Shown: positions 1 to 8,966 of the stretch, piece after piece
Numbering within the stretch: the first letter of the stretch is position 1
How the letters are laid out: each line of letters opens with the position of its first letter
NCBI GenBank assembly: GCA_964611635.1
Contig: CAZTAS010000001.1
Location: 25,922 to 89,921, forward strand
Length of the DNA: 64,000 bases
Reading direction: 5' to 3'
Origin: an uncultured Thermodesulfobacteriota bacterium
GTDB lineage: Bacteria > Desulfobacterota > JAFDED01
Translations under genes and position numbers: made by a program
Notes under the pieces: generated by a model
Seen by the model: the letters and a program-made list of their open reading frames with translations, nothing else
Database searches by the model: none
What the model was told of the DNA's origin: nothing

Positions 1-1560
1 GTAACGCGAAGTTTGCTGAAAAACGGGAGCATAATACTTTTCTTGTGGGTGGTGGCATCGCTTCCGTTCATGATTCCGCTCTTGCAAGCAACCGCTCACG
101 AGCGATATCTATATCTTGGCGTTGAGGAGGCGGCCAAGTTCAGCGCTGATCTTTTGGCATGGGGACTCCCGTCTCTGCTTCACCCGCTATGGGGCGAACA
201 GGTTAGCGATTTATATGCAACTTTTACTGGCAATGTTATCGAGCAGACAGTCTTTCCGGGTTACAGCGTGTGGGGCCTGGCCCTTTTTGGTTCACTTGCG
301 TGGCGTGACCGGCGAGGGATGTTCTGGGTCTTTGCGGCATGCTTATTTCTGATTCTCTCTCTGGGACCCTGGCTCCACCTGGCAGGAAAAGAGCGGTTCA
401 GCGGCCATCGGATTCCACTGCCTTTCTGGCTTCTTCACCATTTGCCAGGCTTTAACGGGCTGCGGACGCCATCCCGGTTTGCGCCAATTGCACTGATTTG
501 CATGGCAGTGCTGGGAGCCAAGGGCTTCCAGGAAATTTATCGCCGCGGATGGCTTCAAAGGCACATAGCGATGGCACTTGGAGCCATTCTGGTCTTCGAA
601 TACCTGGCCGTGCCATTACCTCTTCAAAAAGCAGAAGTCTCGTCATTTCACTACCGCATATGGGAAGAGGTTAAGCAAGAAGGACCTTTTACTATATTGG
701 AAATTCCACTTGACGATCGCATTGTCAAGTATTCCTTCTACCAGATGGTTCACAAAGCGCGACGAATTGGCGGACACCTGGGGAGGCCATATCCTTTTTT
801 TACAGATATATGGCGCAATGTGCCCCTGTTTCGGGACTTAAAGGATCCTGGTGCTTTAGCCAGACGACCACTTGATTCGGATGATGCTGCGGCAGCCAAT
901 GATCTTCTGGAGTTTTATAAAGTCCGCTATGTTTTGCTTCACAAAGAATTTATCCCGCCCACCTCCCTACGAAAGCTTCGGCAAGAGCTTCCACGCACTG
1001 CTCCATTAGAAAGTATTTTCGAGGATGCTTGCTTGGTAGCTTACCGTGTCAAAGCCATAAGGAAAAGCCAGCCAGACCGACACAGGGCTTATTTCCTGAA
1101 TGGATGGAGCAACCGAGAGCAGACGCCCGATGGGTTTAGTTACCATTGGTCGTCCGCCGATCAATCTTTAATAGCCATCCGGGTTCCAGAGGGACAAAGG
1201 ATGGCTCTCGTATTGCATATGATGCCCATTCAGTATGAAGGCTTGCCGTTGCAGGAAGTCAACCTGATGATGGATGGCAGGTTGTTAACCAGGCAAACTT
1301 TACATTGGGGATGGGCGGATTATCGCATTCCCATCCCTCCAGAACTCTCAAAGCCGGGTATGCATGCGGTTTTATTTCGCTATAACTACACGGCTGTTCC
1401 GAATCGATGGACAAAGGGAAAAAACCCCGATCGACGAGAGCTAGCCGTGGCCGTGTCGGATATTCGAGTGGAAGTAGAGCAGGGGTCTTCAGGCACCACA
1501 GAACCGGGGCAGATCCGGTCCACCCAGCCATCAATTGTGGGAAGAACTTTTCAGCGATGA
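1..1560 (+). CDS. Polytopic membrane protein with a large C-terminal soluble domain, 5'-truncated by the window edge; possibly a GT-C-like glycan-assembly protein
   Basis: The frame is open from nt 1, with no stop before the listed TTG at 13, so the gene starts upstream. The N-terminal ~200 aa are successive hydrophobic helices, followed by a ~300 aa soluble region. It lies directly upstream of a wzm/wzt-like exporter. The product call rests on architecture and context only. Confidence 0.5.
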   Translation, partial: VTRSLLKNGSIILFLWVVASLPFMIPLLQATAHERYLYLGVEEAAKFSADLLAWGLPSLLHPLWGEQVSDLYATFTGNVIEQTVFPGYSVWGLALFGSLAWRDRRGMFWVFAACLFLILSLGPWLHLAGKERFSGHRIPLPFWLLHHLPGFNGLRTPSRFAPIALICMAVLGAKGFQEIYRRGWLQRHIAMALGAILVFEYLAVPLPLQKAEVSSFHYRIWEEVKQEGPFTILEIPLDDRIVKYSFYQMVHKARRIGGHLGRPYPFFTDIWRNVPLFRDLKDPGALARRPLDSDDAAAANDLLEFYKVRYVLLHKEFIPPTSLRKLRQELPRTAPLESIFEDACLVAYRVKAIRKSQPDRHRAYFLNGWSNREQTPDGFSYHWSSADQSLIAIRVPEGQRMALVLHMMPIQYEGLPLQEVNLMMDGRLLTRQTLHWGWADYRIPIPPELSKPGMHAVLFRYNYTAVPNRWTKGKNPDRRELAVAVSDIRVEVEQGSSGTTEPGQIRSTQPSIVGRTFQR

Positions 1561-1589
1561 TCATCCCTAGGTAGAAAGAGGTGTTTTAA

Positions 1590-2366
1590 ATGGTCCACTT
1601 TCTGATCGAACTCATCAGGTATCGGGCATTAATCAACTCCTTGGTGGGCAAAGAAGTGCGGCTCCGCTATCGGGGGTCCGTAATGGGATTTATATGGACT
1701 TTCCTCAACCCGATACTTCTTATGTGCGTTTATGCACTGGTATTTTCCGTGTATCTGCGTATCGAAATGGAGAAATATGCGGTATTCATGTTCTGCGGCC
1801 TCATCCCATGGTTGTGGTTCTCCTCCGCGTCGCTGGAGGGCGTTACTTCAATTGTCGATGGTGCAGGGCTCCTGACCCGCGCTATGATTCCACCGCAAAT
1901 CCTTCCAACCGTACGTGTGCTGGCCAACATGGTGAACTTTCTTTTCAGCCTTCCCATGTTGGCAATCTTTTTAGTGGCATTTGGCATCAAGCCTGGGATG
2001 GCTTTGATTGCCTTGCCCATAGTAATTGCCGGGCAGTTATTGTTCACCATGGGATTTGTTAGCGCCACATCGGCCCTTAACGTGCAGTTTCGCGACATAA
2101 AGCATTTGCTGACCAACATCATTACCCTGTGGTTTTTCATATCGCCCATTTTGTACCCCATGGACATGATTCCGGCCAAATACCGGGCCTTGGTGCACTT
2201 GAACCCCATGGGAGTATTTGTGGTATCATACCAGGATATATTCTTTTATAATAGGATGCCCAAATGGGATATCCTTGGATTTGCGACCCTGTTTTCCTTT
2301 CTTACACTGTTAATAGGTACATGGATTTTCAATCAGATGCGTGAGAGCTTTGCCGAGGAGATTTAA
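1590..2366 (+). CDS. wzm: ABC-2 type polysaccharide/teichoic-acid exporter permease (Wzm/TagG-like)
   Basis: 258 aa with about 6 TM helices. The N-terminus (RYRALINSLVGKEVRLRYRGSVMGFIWTFLNP) is typical of ABC-2 permeases. An ATG follows the SD-like GAAAGAGGTG. The ATPase gene starts 3 nt after its stop. Confidence 0.85.
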   Translation: MVHFLIELIRYRALINSLVGKEVRLRYRGSVMGFIWTFLNPILLMCVYALVFSVYLRIEMEKYAVFMFCGLIPWLWFSSASLEGVTSIVDGAGLLTRAMIPPQILPTVRVLANMVNFLFSLPMLAIFLVAFGIKPGMALIALPIVIAGQLLFTMGFVSATSALNVQFRDIKHLLTNIITLWFFISPILYPMDMIPAKYRALVHLNPMGVFVVSYQDIFFYNRMPKWDILGFATLFSFLTLLIGTWIFNQMRESFAEEI

Positions 2367-2368
2367 GG

Positions 2369-3907
2369 GTGTTTGCCATTGAGATTAATGATCTGCACAA
2401 ACGCTTTGAAAAACGGAGCCCTTTGAAGCGTCAGACCACACTGAAGACTTTTTTGATCCGTGGACATTGGCTAAGACGACGAAACCGGAAAGTTTACCTT
2501 GAAGTCCTCAAGGGGATTTCCCTGAAAGTGAAAAAAGGTCAGACTTTTGGGATTATCGGGCGAAATGGATCGGGGAAAAGCACCCTTTTGAAGTTGCTGG
2601 TGGGTATTTACAGGCCCGATCGGGGCCGCATCTTCATTAGGGGAAAGGCCTCCGCTTTGTTGGAACTTGGAGCCGGTTTTCACCCGGAATTTTCGGGGAG
2701 GGAGAACATTTACATCAATGGTATAATCCTGGGCCTTACCCGGCGGGAAATTCAACGGCGTTTCGATGATATCGTCAAGTTTGCCGAGCTGGAAGATTTC
2801 ATCGACGAGCCAGTGCGAACATACTCCACAGGAATGTTCATGCGCCTTGGGTTCTCCATCGCTGTCCACGTAGATCCCGAAATCCTCCTTATTGACGAAG
2901 TTCTGGCCGTCGGCGACGAAAGCTTTGTTCAAAAATGCCTTGACAAGCTGACAGAGTTCAAGCGCAATGGGAAGACCATCCTCCTCGTTTCTCACGACAT
3001 GGATGCGGTGGATAGATGGTGCGATGAGGCCCTCTGGCTAGATGGTGGAGTGATTCGGGAATATGGGAATCCACGTCAGGTTATCGATGCTTATCTCATG
3101 GCTGTGGCCGAGAAAAAAAGCCTCGACTTGAAAGAGGAAGTTGCGCAGCAGACCATGGAGAAATCAGACACGGGAGCTGGCGTTGTTGCGGCCGAATCTC
3201 TTGAGAAGGAGCTGCCTCCGATCATGCCAGAAGAGGAAGCGGAACAAGCCGAGCCTGAAAGCATCGACCAAAAGGCCGTTGTGGGCTGCTGGTCCGATGG
3301 CACAGTGAAAAGGCGCTGGGGAAGCGAGGAGGTAGAGTTTACCTCGGTGAAGCTAGTGGATGAGCGCGGCCGTGAGCGATACGTAATCGAGTCGGGCGAG
3401 TCTTTGCGAGTGGAAATGAGATACACGGCTCATAAAAAGATTCATGATCCCGTTTTTGGTATCGGAATTTTCAACCTCCAGGGCATGTGCTGCTACGGTT
3501 CCAATACAGACATTGAACGTGTGTCGCTGCCCCCCATCTTAGGACCCGGCTGTATGGTGTTGAACTTCGACAGCATGAACCTGGTAGAAGGGCGCTATTA
3601 CCTGGATCTTGCGGTCCATGCCAGGGACGGTTACGCCTATGACTACAGAAGTCGTTTTTATCCACTAATTGTCCGATCGAGGATCAAGGATGTTGGCATC
3701 TTCCGCCCTTCGCATCGGTGGAATCTTAATGCCAATGGCAATGGTGCAGGAGGAAGATTGACACCATGGAGAACAGCACAGCTTCCAGAAGCGAGGCCAG
3801 GTTGGAGGCGATCATGGAACAGATCAAGCAGAACATTCGCCAGCGGACAGGAGAGGAGAAAAGCACGGCGGATCAACCGCACCCCGGTGAGACGGCCGAG
3901 CTTCTGA
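2369..3907 (+). CDS. wzt: Polysaccharide ABC exporter ATP-binding protein (Wzt/TagH-like) with a C-terminal Wzt_C-type carbohydrate-binding domain
   Basis: GTG start. Walker A GRNGSGKST, signature YSTGMFMRL and Walker B LLIDEVLAVGD are present. An acidic linker is followed by a beta-rich domain (EVEFTSVKLVDERG...GRYYLDLAVHA) typical of the Wzt C-terminal glycan-terminus-binding module. The last ~47 aa are Arg-rich and overlap the next gene out of frame. Confidence 0.85.
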   Translation: MFAIEINDLHKRFEKRSPLKRQTTLKTFLIRGHWLRRRNRKVYLEVLKGISLKVKKGQTFGIIGRNGSGKSTLLKLLVGIYRPDRGRIFIRGKASALLELGAGFHPEFSGRENIYINGIILGLTRREIQRRFDDIVKFAELEDFIDEPVRTYSTGMFMRLGFSIAVHVDPEILLIDEVLAVGDESFVQKCLDKLTEFKRNGKTILLVSHDMDAVDRWCDEALWLDGGVIREYGNPRQVIDAYLMAVAEKKSLDLKEEVAQQTMEKSDTGAGVVAAESLEKELPPIMPEEEAEQAEPESIDQKAVVGCWSDGTVKRRWGSEEVEFTSVKLVDERGRERYVIESGESLRVEMRYTAHKKIHDPVFGIGIFNLQGMCCYGSNTDIERVSLPPILGPGCMVLNFDSMNLVEGRYYLDLAVHARDGYAYDYRSRFYPLIVRSRIKDVGIFRPSHRWNLNANGNGAGGRLTPWRTAQLPEARPGWRRSWNRSSRTFASGQERRKARRINRTPVRRPSF

Positions 3908-5214
3908 ATCTATTGAACCTGGATGCCAATACGCTGCCTTCCGGAACGATCCCTTCCCATCGACGGATACTGGGGCCTTTTATCATTCTGGCCAAGCGCA
4001 TCCTGAGAAAGGTTATGATGCCCTATAGTCGTCTGGTCCTTCGGGAGCAGATAACATTCAATGCACTCATGCAGACCGCTTTTAAGGAGGCGTTCAGCAT
4101 GCAGGCTGGGCAGATTGATATCCTGCAAACCAATATCTCGCATGAATTGGATAGAACATTGCATGAATTGAACAGAACCTCGCATGAATTTAATAGAACA
4201 TTGGAAGAGTTTAAAGAAAATTTCATCGCCCGTTCTAACAGCCTCGATACATATATCCAAATGCTGCAAAGAAGGGTAGCTGAACGTGAAGCTGAGGAGG
4301 AAAAGGAAAGCGAAAGAATCCGGGATGCACATCAGCAATTAAAGGAAGCTTTTCAACACCTTGAAGAGAGGCATCGAGAACTCTTCCAGCATTACCTTGA
4401 GCAGCGACAGGAAAACCTGCTTCAAAAACGACGCTTGGACATCATCCTGACTGAGCTTCGTCAAAAAGCAGGAATGGGTGAGGAGGAAACCCAGCGCATC
4501 TTGGAGCATTCCCGCCATCTTCAAGACCACCAGTACTTTTTATTCGAGAATAAATTCAGAGGCCCCAGGGAGGAGATCCTCAAGCACCAGGAGATATACA
4601 TGCCGCTGTTCAGAGAGGTTCGCGAGTCCCTGGATGCTGAATTGCCCATCCTTGACGTGGGATGCGGACGAGGCGAGTTTCTGGAGATGCTTCGCGATGC
4701 GGGCATTCCCGCCAGGGGCATTGAGCTCAACGAGGACATGGTACACGTTTGCAGAGAAAGAGGTCTTGATGTATGTCTGGAGGACGCTTTTCATCATTTA
4801 CAGTCGCTTCCTGACGAGAGCCTTGCCGGGATGATGGCCTCCCATTTTATCGAACATCTGGGGACCGAGGCACTGATAAATTTTATCACACTCTGCCATC
4901 GCAAGATTCGAAAAGGCGGCCTTGTGGCCCTTGAGACACCCAATCCTCTGACATTGCTGGTCTCAGCCAACTATTTCTGGCTGGATCTATCCCATATGCG
5001 GCCCATCCACCCCGAGGCTTTACGCTTTCTACTGGAAAGCTGCGGGTTCCTTGAGCCTCGGGTGATCTTTTTGTCCCCGTGCAATGAAGAGGTCAAGTTC
5101 CGCCTTTTTAATCCCGGGGAGGATCCCACATTGCAGGTAATCCACAAAAACTTCGAAATGTTGAATGATTATTTTTTCGGTGAGCAGGATTACGCTGTTA
5201 CGGCTAGAAAATAG
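3766..5214 (+). CDS. Coiled-coil protein with a C-terminal class I SAM-dependent methyltransferase domain
   Basis: SAM motif I ILDVGCGRGEFLEML, followed by ARGIELNEDM and the HFIEHL block. The N-terminal ~270 aa are charged, heptad-like and helical (EARLEAIMEQIKQNIRQR; long E/R/Q-rich stretch). It is adjacent to wzm/wzt. Confidence 0.8.
   Translation: MENSTASRSEARLEAIMEQIKQNIRQRTGEEKSTADQPHPGETAELLNLLNLDANTLPSGTIPSHRRILGPFIILAKRILRKVMMPYSRLVLREQITFNALMQTAFKEAFSMQAGQIDILQTNISHELDRTLHELNRTSHEFNRTLEEFKENFIARSNSLDTYIQMLQRRVAEREAEEEKESERIRDAHQQLKEAFQHLEERHRELFQHYLEQRQENLLQKRRLDIILTELRQKAGMGEEETQRILEHSRHLQDHQYFLFENKFRGPREEILKHQEIYMPLFREVRESLDAELPILDVGCGRGEFLEMLRDAGIPARGIELNEDMVHVCRERGLDVCLEDAFHHLQSLPDESLAGMMASHFIEHLGTEALINFITLCHRKIRKGGLVALETPNPLTLLVSANYFWLDLSHMRPIHPEALRFLLESCGFLEPRVIFLSPCNEEVKFRLFNPGEDPTLQVIHKNFEMLNDYFFGEQDYAVTARK
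4141..4203 (+). repeat. 3 x 21-nt in-frame tandem repeat inside the methyltransferase coiled coil
   Basis: The units are catgaattggatagaacattg, catgaattgaacagaacctcg and catgaatttaatagaacattg. They encode HELDRTL, HELNRTS and HEFNRTL. Confidence 0.9.
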
Positions 5215-5456
5215 GCGAACTTTTTTCGAAATCAGAGCACCTCCATATATCGGATTGCATTCGGCCCAAAAGGCATATCTCAGCATCAAAGACATGACTC
5301 GATAAAAAATAAGGGAGGAGTCTCTCTGATCTATGGAAACCTAACGTATAATTCTATAAAAAAATGGGGGTAGAATTCGGGATCGAGAGTTTAAGAGGCA
5401 GCAAAATTTCCTAGAAATGGGTTGATATAATAATATATAATTTATAGAAATCACAA

Positions 5457-5978
5457 TTAATTTCTCCTAATGGCTTCACGAATACTCATGGTAGGGCGTC
5501 CAGGGTTAAGCTGTATGGCCCTCTGATAAATTTCCGGGTCGATGTTGAGATTGTGAATATGGATTAGGTGAATCCTGGATTCCGACATGACGCGTTTGAT
5601 TGCCTCAAATTCCTCCTCCTGGTCAGTAAGTCCGGGGAAGGTGAGGGGATTAATAAAGAGGAAGCGGCCGGTATGGCTGACGGTGCATATGCTTTCCATC
5701 ATATTGCGGAAAGTATTATTTTACTGGCCGATAATAGCGGGGGTAATAAGGCTCCTGGAAGCTGTTAAGGCTTATCCTGACACTTTCCAGCAACAAAAAG
5801 CGCTTTTAAATAAGATCGACATTTACAGAAGACGGCCCGGCATGTGGAAAAGCTCATGTCCCAGGGTAAATGGAATTAGATACTGCTCTGATACCTGACG
5901 AACAAACCTCTACTCGATCCGACCATTTCCAGTTGTGGGATACTTAAAAATTTGGCCTTTATCGTCTGCATAGATCAT
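5457..5978 (-). pseudogene. Decayed remnant of a radical-SAM-family-like gene, with N- and C-terminal pieces interrupted by stops and frameshifts
   Basis: My own minus-strand translation gives MIYADDKGQIFKYPTTGNGRIE*, then ..YLIPFTLGHELFHMPGRLL*, then short fragments, then the 81-aa ORF 5457-5702 (GRFLFINPLTFPGLTDQEEEFEAIKRVMSESRIHLIHIHNLNIDPEIY). From memory these pieces resemble the N- and C-terminal regions of a deltaproteobacterial radical SAM family. No CxxxCxxC core is present. Confidence 0.35.
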
Positions 5979-6096
5979 CTAAGGTACTGACACGTCCATC
6001 CCTTCCCTATTTATCGCGATTAAAGCCCCTGTGAGTTCACTGGTAAAAGCTCTGGGGTCTAGAAAGTGTCTCTTACAGGAGATTTTGCCCTATATA

Positions 6097-6852
6097 TTAT
6101 CGTATTACGCCTTGTGGGCGAGCGAAGCGCAGCCGCTCTCCGGGTTTCATGATCGCCAACTCCACCCCCGGAGCCACTCTGGCGAGCTCTTGCTTCAATT
6201 CCTGGACCTCGTTGCCGCGAAAGTGCATGGGTATAACCGTCTTTACATTAAGCCAGCTTGCCGCAACTGCAGCCTCGTTCGGGTATAGCTCAGTTAGAGA
6301 CTGCCCATGCACATCCACACCGCCAATTCCCAGGATAGCCAGATCCGGCTGGTAAAACTCTCCGAAAAAACGATAATGCATTCCCAGAGCGTTGTCCCCG
6401 CTGAAAAAGATCTTCCCATCCGCTCCAAAATCTACAATGAAGCTAAGTGGAACTCCCGTGAGCCAATGACCTTCGAACTCCGACATTGAGATGTGAGAGG
6501 CTTCAAGGGCCTTTATATTGATATCTCGGATACGGAATTGAACGCCCTGCAGCATTCTAAACGCTCGCTCCGATGGGATGCCCGCCTTGGCAACTCGCAT
6601 GCTCACATCCGGGGGTGAGAAAAGGGTAGCTCCGCTCGTCTTCATCAATTCCACCGTTTGTGCCGAGTGATCCTGAGCAGCATGAGTTACCATAACAACA
6701 TGGGTGTCGGATAAATCTTTCACCGTGGCGGCCCCAGGTGGAATACCTCTCAGCTCATCTCCCTCTAGAAAAGGGTCCATCACAATTCGTGTTCCATTTT
6801 CGGTGATAAAGCGAAAAGTCACCCACCCAAAGTATTCTATCTCCACAGGCAT
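6097..6852 (-). CDS. MBL-fold metallo-hydrolase (Lactamase_B_3/UlaG-like) with a degenerate metal motif
   Basis: 251 aa. The MDPFL and VVMVTHAAQDH block sits where HxHxDH is expected, with the second His replaced. GDNA and PMHF motifs follow later. Confidence 0.7.
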   Translation of the reverse strand: MPVEIEYFGWVTFRFITENGTRIVMDPFLEGDELRGIPPGAATVKDLSDTHVVMVTHAAQDHSAQTVELMKTSGATLFSPPDVSMRVAKAGIPSERAFRMLQGVQFRIRDINIKALEASHISMSEFEGHWLTGVPLSFIVDFGADGKIFFSGDNALGMHYRFFGEFYQPDLAILGIGGVDVHGQSLTELYPNEAAVAASWLNVKTVIPMHFRGNEVQELKQELARVAPGVELAIMKPGERLRFARPQGVIR

Positions 6853-7119
6853 GAATGCACCTCCCTTCAGCTAATTATCATATTCACTCTCATCCACTGT
6901 TTTATAACATCATATCACTTGACTGAAGATTTGTCTATTAAAAAACCTTTGCTGCAAAGCCATAATGGGTGCAGGATTTGGTATTTAAGGAATGTTTTTT
7001 AAATCTAGTGGAATGATTTTATAAAAAGAAAATGCTGGATTAAAGCTTGCCTAAGATCATAAGAATAAAAATTTTGTTTAATATCCAGCGGGCAGTAATA
7101 TCTGATTATTCCCGGACTT

Positions 7120-7146
7120 GGCCACCAGAGCTTCTCTCTGGCGGCC
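7120..7146 (-). repeat. 11-bp stem / 5-nt loop hairpin about 114 nt downstream of the FHA gene stop
   Basis: ggccaccagag-cttct-ctctggcggcc. On the minus-strand transcript the single mismatch becomes a G-U pair. No U-tract follows, so it is not a canonical intrinsic terminator. Confidence 0.4.
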
Positions 7147-7259
7147 GAGTGCGTATTTCAACTTAAAGGCCTGATTTAGGCGACAAGGGAATGAACATGG
7201 TGGAGGATAACTTTCTTCGGAGAACTAAAAGTCAACCAAATCTTTTTATGACAACTTTT

Positions 7260-8024
7260 TCAGCGCAAGTAAAACTGCATCTTGGTATTACCTAGCTCGA
7301 TCTGATCACCGTCGTTGAGCTGTAGCTGGGTAGTCATTGATTTACCATTGACCTTGGGCTTGGACATCCCCTCAGAATATGAGAGAAAATAACCTTGAGG
7401 TCTACGATTAATTAATGCAGCTGTTTTGCCGACGAATAATCCGCCCACCCGAATATCAGCGTCACTGCTTTTACCCAAAATGGTCAATCTCTTGCTCAGG
7501 TCAACCTCCCGTGGTGCTCCCTGTCCCGAGATAATGGCTATCACGCCGGTTTTTTCCTGAGGCCGCGGCTTAGGCGGTGGTGCCGAGGGAGCAGCTGGTG
7601 GAGCTGGTTTTGACGGCGCAGGCTGTTGTGGTGCCGCTTGGGAAAGCAACTCACGCTGTTTGCGAGTATCTAAAATAACTGTCTCGCCTGTGGCAGACAT
7701 GTCGGATGGAGTGATCGGCGCTTTTCTCTCTGGGGCCGAATCGTCTTTGAAGATCAACGTGTGCTTGCCTATGATAATTTGATCGTTGTTTTTCAAACTC
7801 GTCTTAGAAACCTTTGCGCCGTTAACAAAGGTTCCATTAAGGCTGTTGAGGTCGTAAAGGATATAGGCATCTCCCTCGTGGATAATCTTTGCGTGCTTGC
7901 CAGATACCGCCATGTTATCAATGGTGATATCATTCTCCTCACTTCTGCCGATTGTTATGGCGTCTTTTTCAACGGGGATCTCCTTGATGACGGCCTCATT
8001 AAACTTTAAAATTAGTTTCACCAT
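7260..8024 (-). CDS. Protein with two FHA domains separated by a Pro-rich linker
   Basis: N-terminal FHA: ITIGRSEENDITIDNMAVSGKHAKI...LNSLNGTFVNG. Linker: PQQPAPSKPAPPAAPSAPPPKPRP. C-terminal FHA-like: LTILGKSSDADIRV...PKVNGKSM...LNDGDQIELG. Confidence 0.85.
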   Translation of the reverse strand: MVKLILKFNEAVIKEIPVEKDAITIGRSEENDITIDNMAVSGKHAKIIHEGDAYILYDLNSLNGTFVNGAKVSKTSLKNNDQIIIGKHTLIFKDDSAPERKAPITPSDMSATGETVILDTRKQRELLSQAAPQQPAPSKPAPPAAPSAPPPKPRPQEKTGVIAIISGQGAPREVDLSKRLTILGKSSDADIRVGGLFVGKTAALINRRPQGYFLSYSEGMSKPKVNGKSMTTQLQLNDGDQIELGNTKMQFYLR

Positions 8025-8120
8025 CTCTTATTCCCCCTTCGCCTTTGGAATATACCATTTCTCCGATATTTAGCCATATTTTTTTGAACCAAAACAGTCC
8101 TTGATCTGACTATTTCTGAT

Positions 8121-8942
8121 TTAAAAACACCTAAAAAGCCTTAAAGGCCAACGCCTTTTCGTGACATCTTTAAAGTTAACAATCAATACTGTAATATTAT
8201 CGCGCCCGCCCCTTTCATTGGCCAAATCCACCAAACTGCTGCATGTGCGTTCCGGGTCTCCCCCTTCCTGAAGATAAATTTTAAGGATGTCTTCATCATT
8301 CAACATATCGGTCAAACCATCTGAGCACAACAATAGGGAGTCATTTTCAAGTACAGCAAATTCATCTATACTAACCTGCACAGAATCATTGGCTCCCAGT
8401 GCCCTTGTAACGATGTTCTTCAATTCAGATTGAGAAGCCTCCTCTAGTGTCAGGATTCCCCTATGAATCTGCTCTTGCACGAAAGAATGATCCTCAGAAA
8501 TCTGCTCGATAGAATTGTCCCTGAACAAATATATTCGGCTGTCTCCCACATGGGCGGTTACTACCCTCCCATCTAAAACTAGCAAAGCGGCCACTGTGGA
8601 ACTCATCCCGTTGTATTCGGGCTGCTCATTGGTGGCTTGATAAATGGCCTGGTTAGCCAGCCTTATGATACTGGCCAGTTGATTTGCTTCCATAGAAAAA
8701 TTATCGTCATATTCTCCAATAAGGGCAGAAACTCCAAATTTTTTAACATCGCGAGTTCCCTGGAGAATGGTATCCGCGGCTAACTTACTGGCAACTTCGC
8801 CAGAAGTATGGCCTCCCAAGCCATCCAGCACAACAAAAAGACCAAGGGACTCATCGGCACAATAATTATCTTCGTTGTTTTTACGTTTACGTCCTACATC
8901 GGTCTTTGCGCTAAAACGCACATTCACGTCCAGCTCTCCCAA
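8121..8942 (-). CDS. PP2C-family Ser/Thr protein phosphatase (Stp/PstP-like)
   Basis: TTG start. Motifs RKRKNNEDNY, VLDGLGGH, LLLCSDGLTD and RGGRDNITVLIV are present. Confidence 0.9.
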   Translation of the reverse strand: MGELDVNVRFSAKTDVGRKRKNNEDNYCADESLGLFVVLDGLGGHTSGEVASKLAADTILQGTRDVKKFGVSALIGEYDDNFSMEANQLASIIRLANQAIYQATNEQPEYNGMSSTVAALLVLDGRVVTAHVGDSRIYLFRDNSIEQISEDHSFVQEQIHRGILTLEEASQSELKNIVTRALGANDSVQVSIDEFAVLENDSLLLCSDGLTDMLNDEDILKIYLQEGGDPERTCSSLVDLANERGGRDNITVLIVNFKDVTKRRWPLRLFRCF

Positions 8943-8966
8943 AATCGCCAGCTCAAATAATTTAGT

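Noticed and set aside
7111-7119. The minus-strand AAGTCCGGG resembles the RNase P RNA conserved GGAAAGUCCGGGC block.
   Set aside because: The flanks are AT-rich and lack the other universally conserved RNase P segments and helices. The match is only 9 nt.
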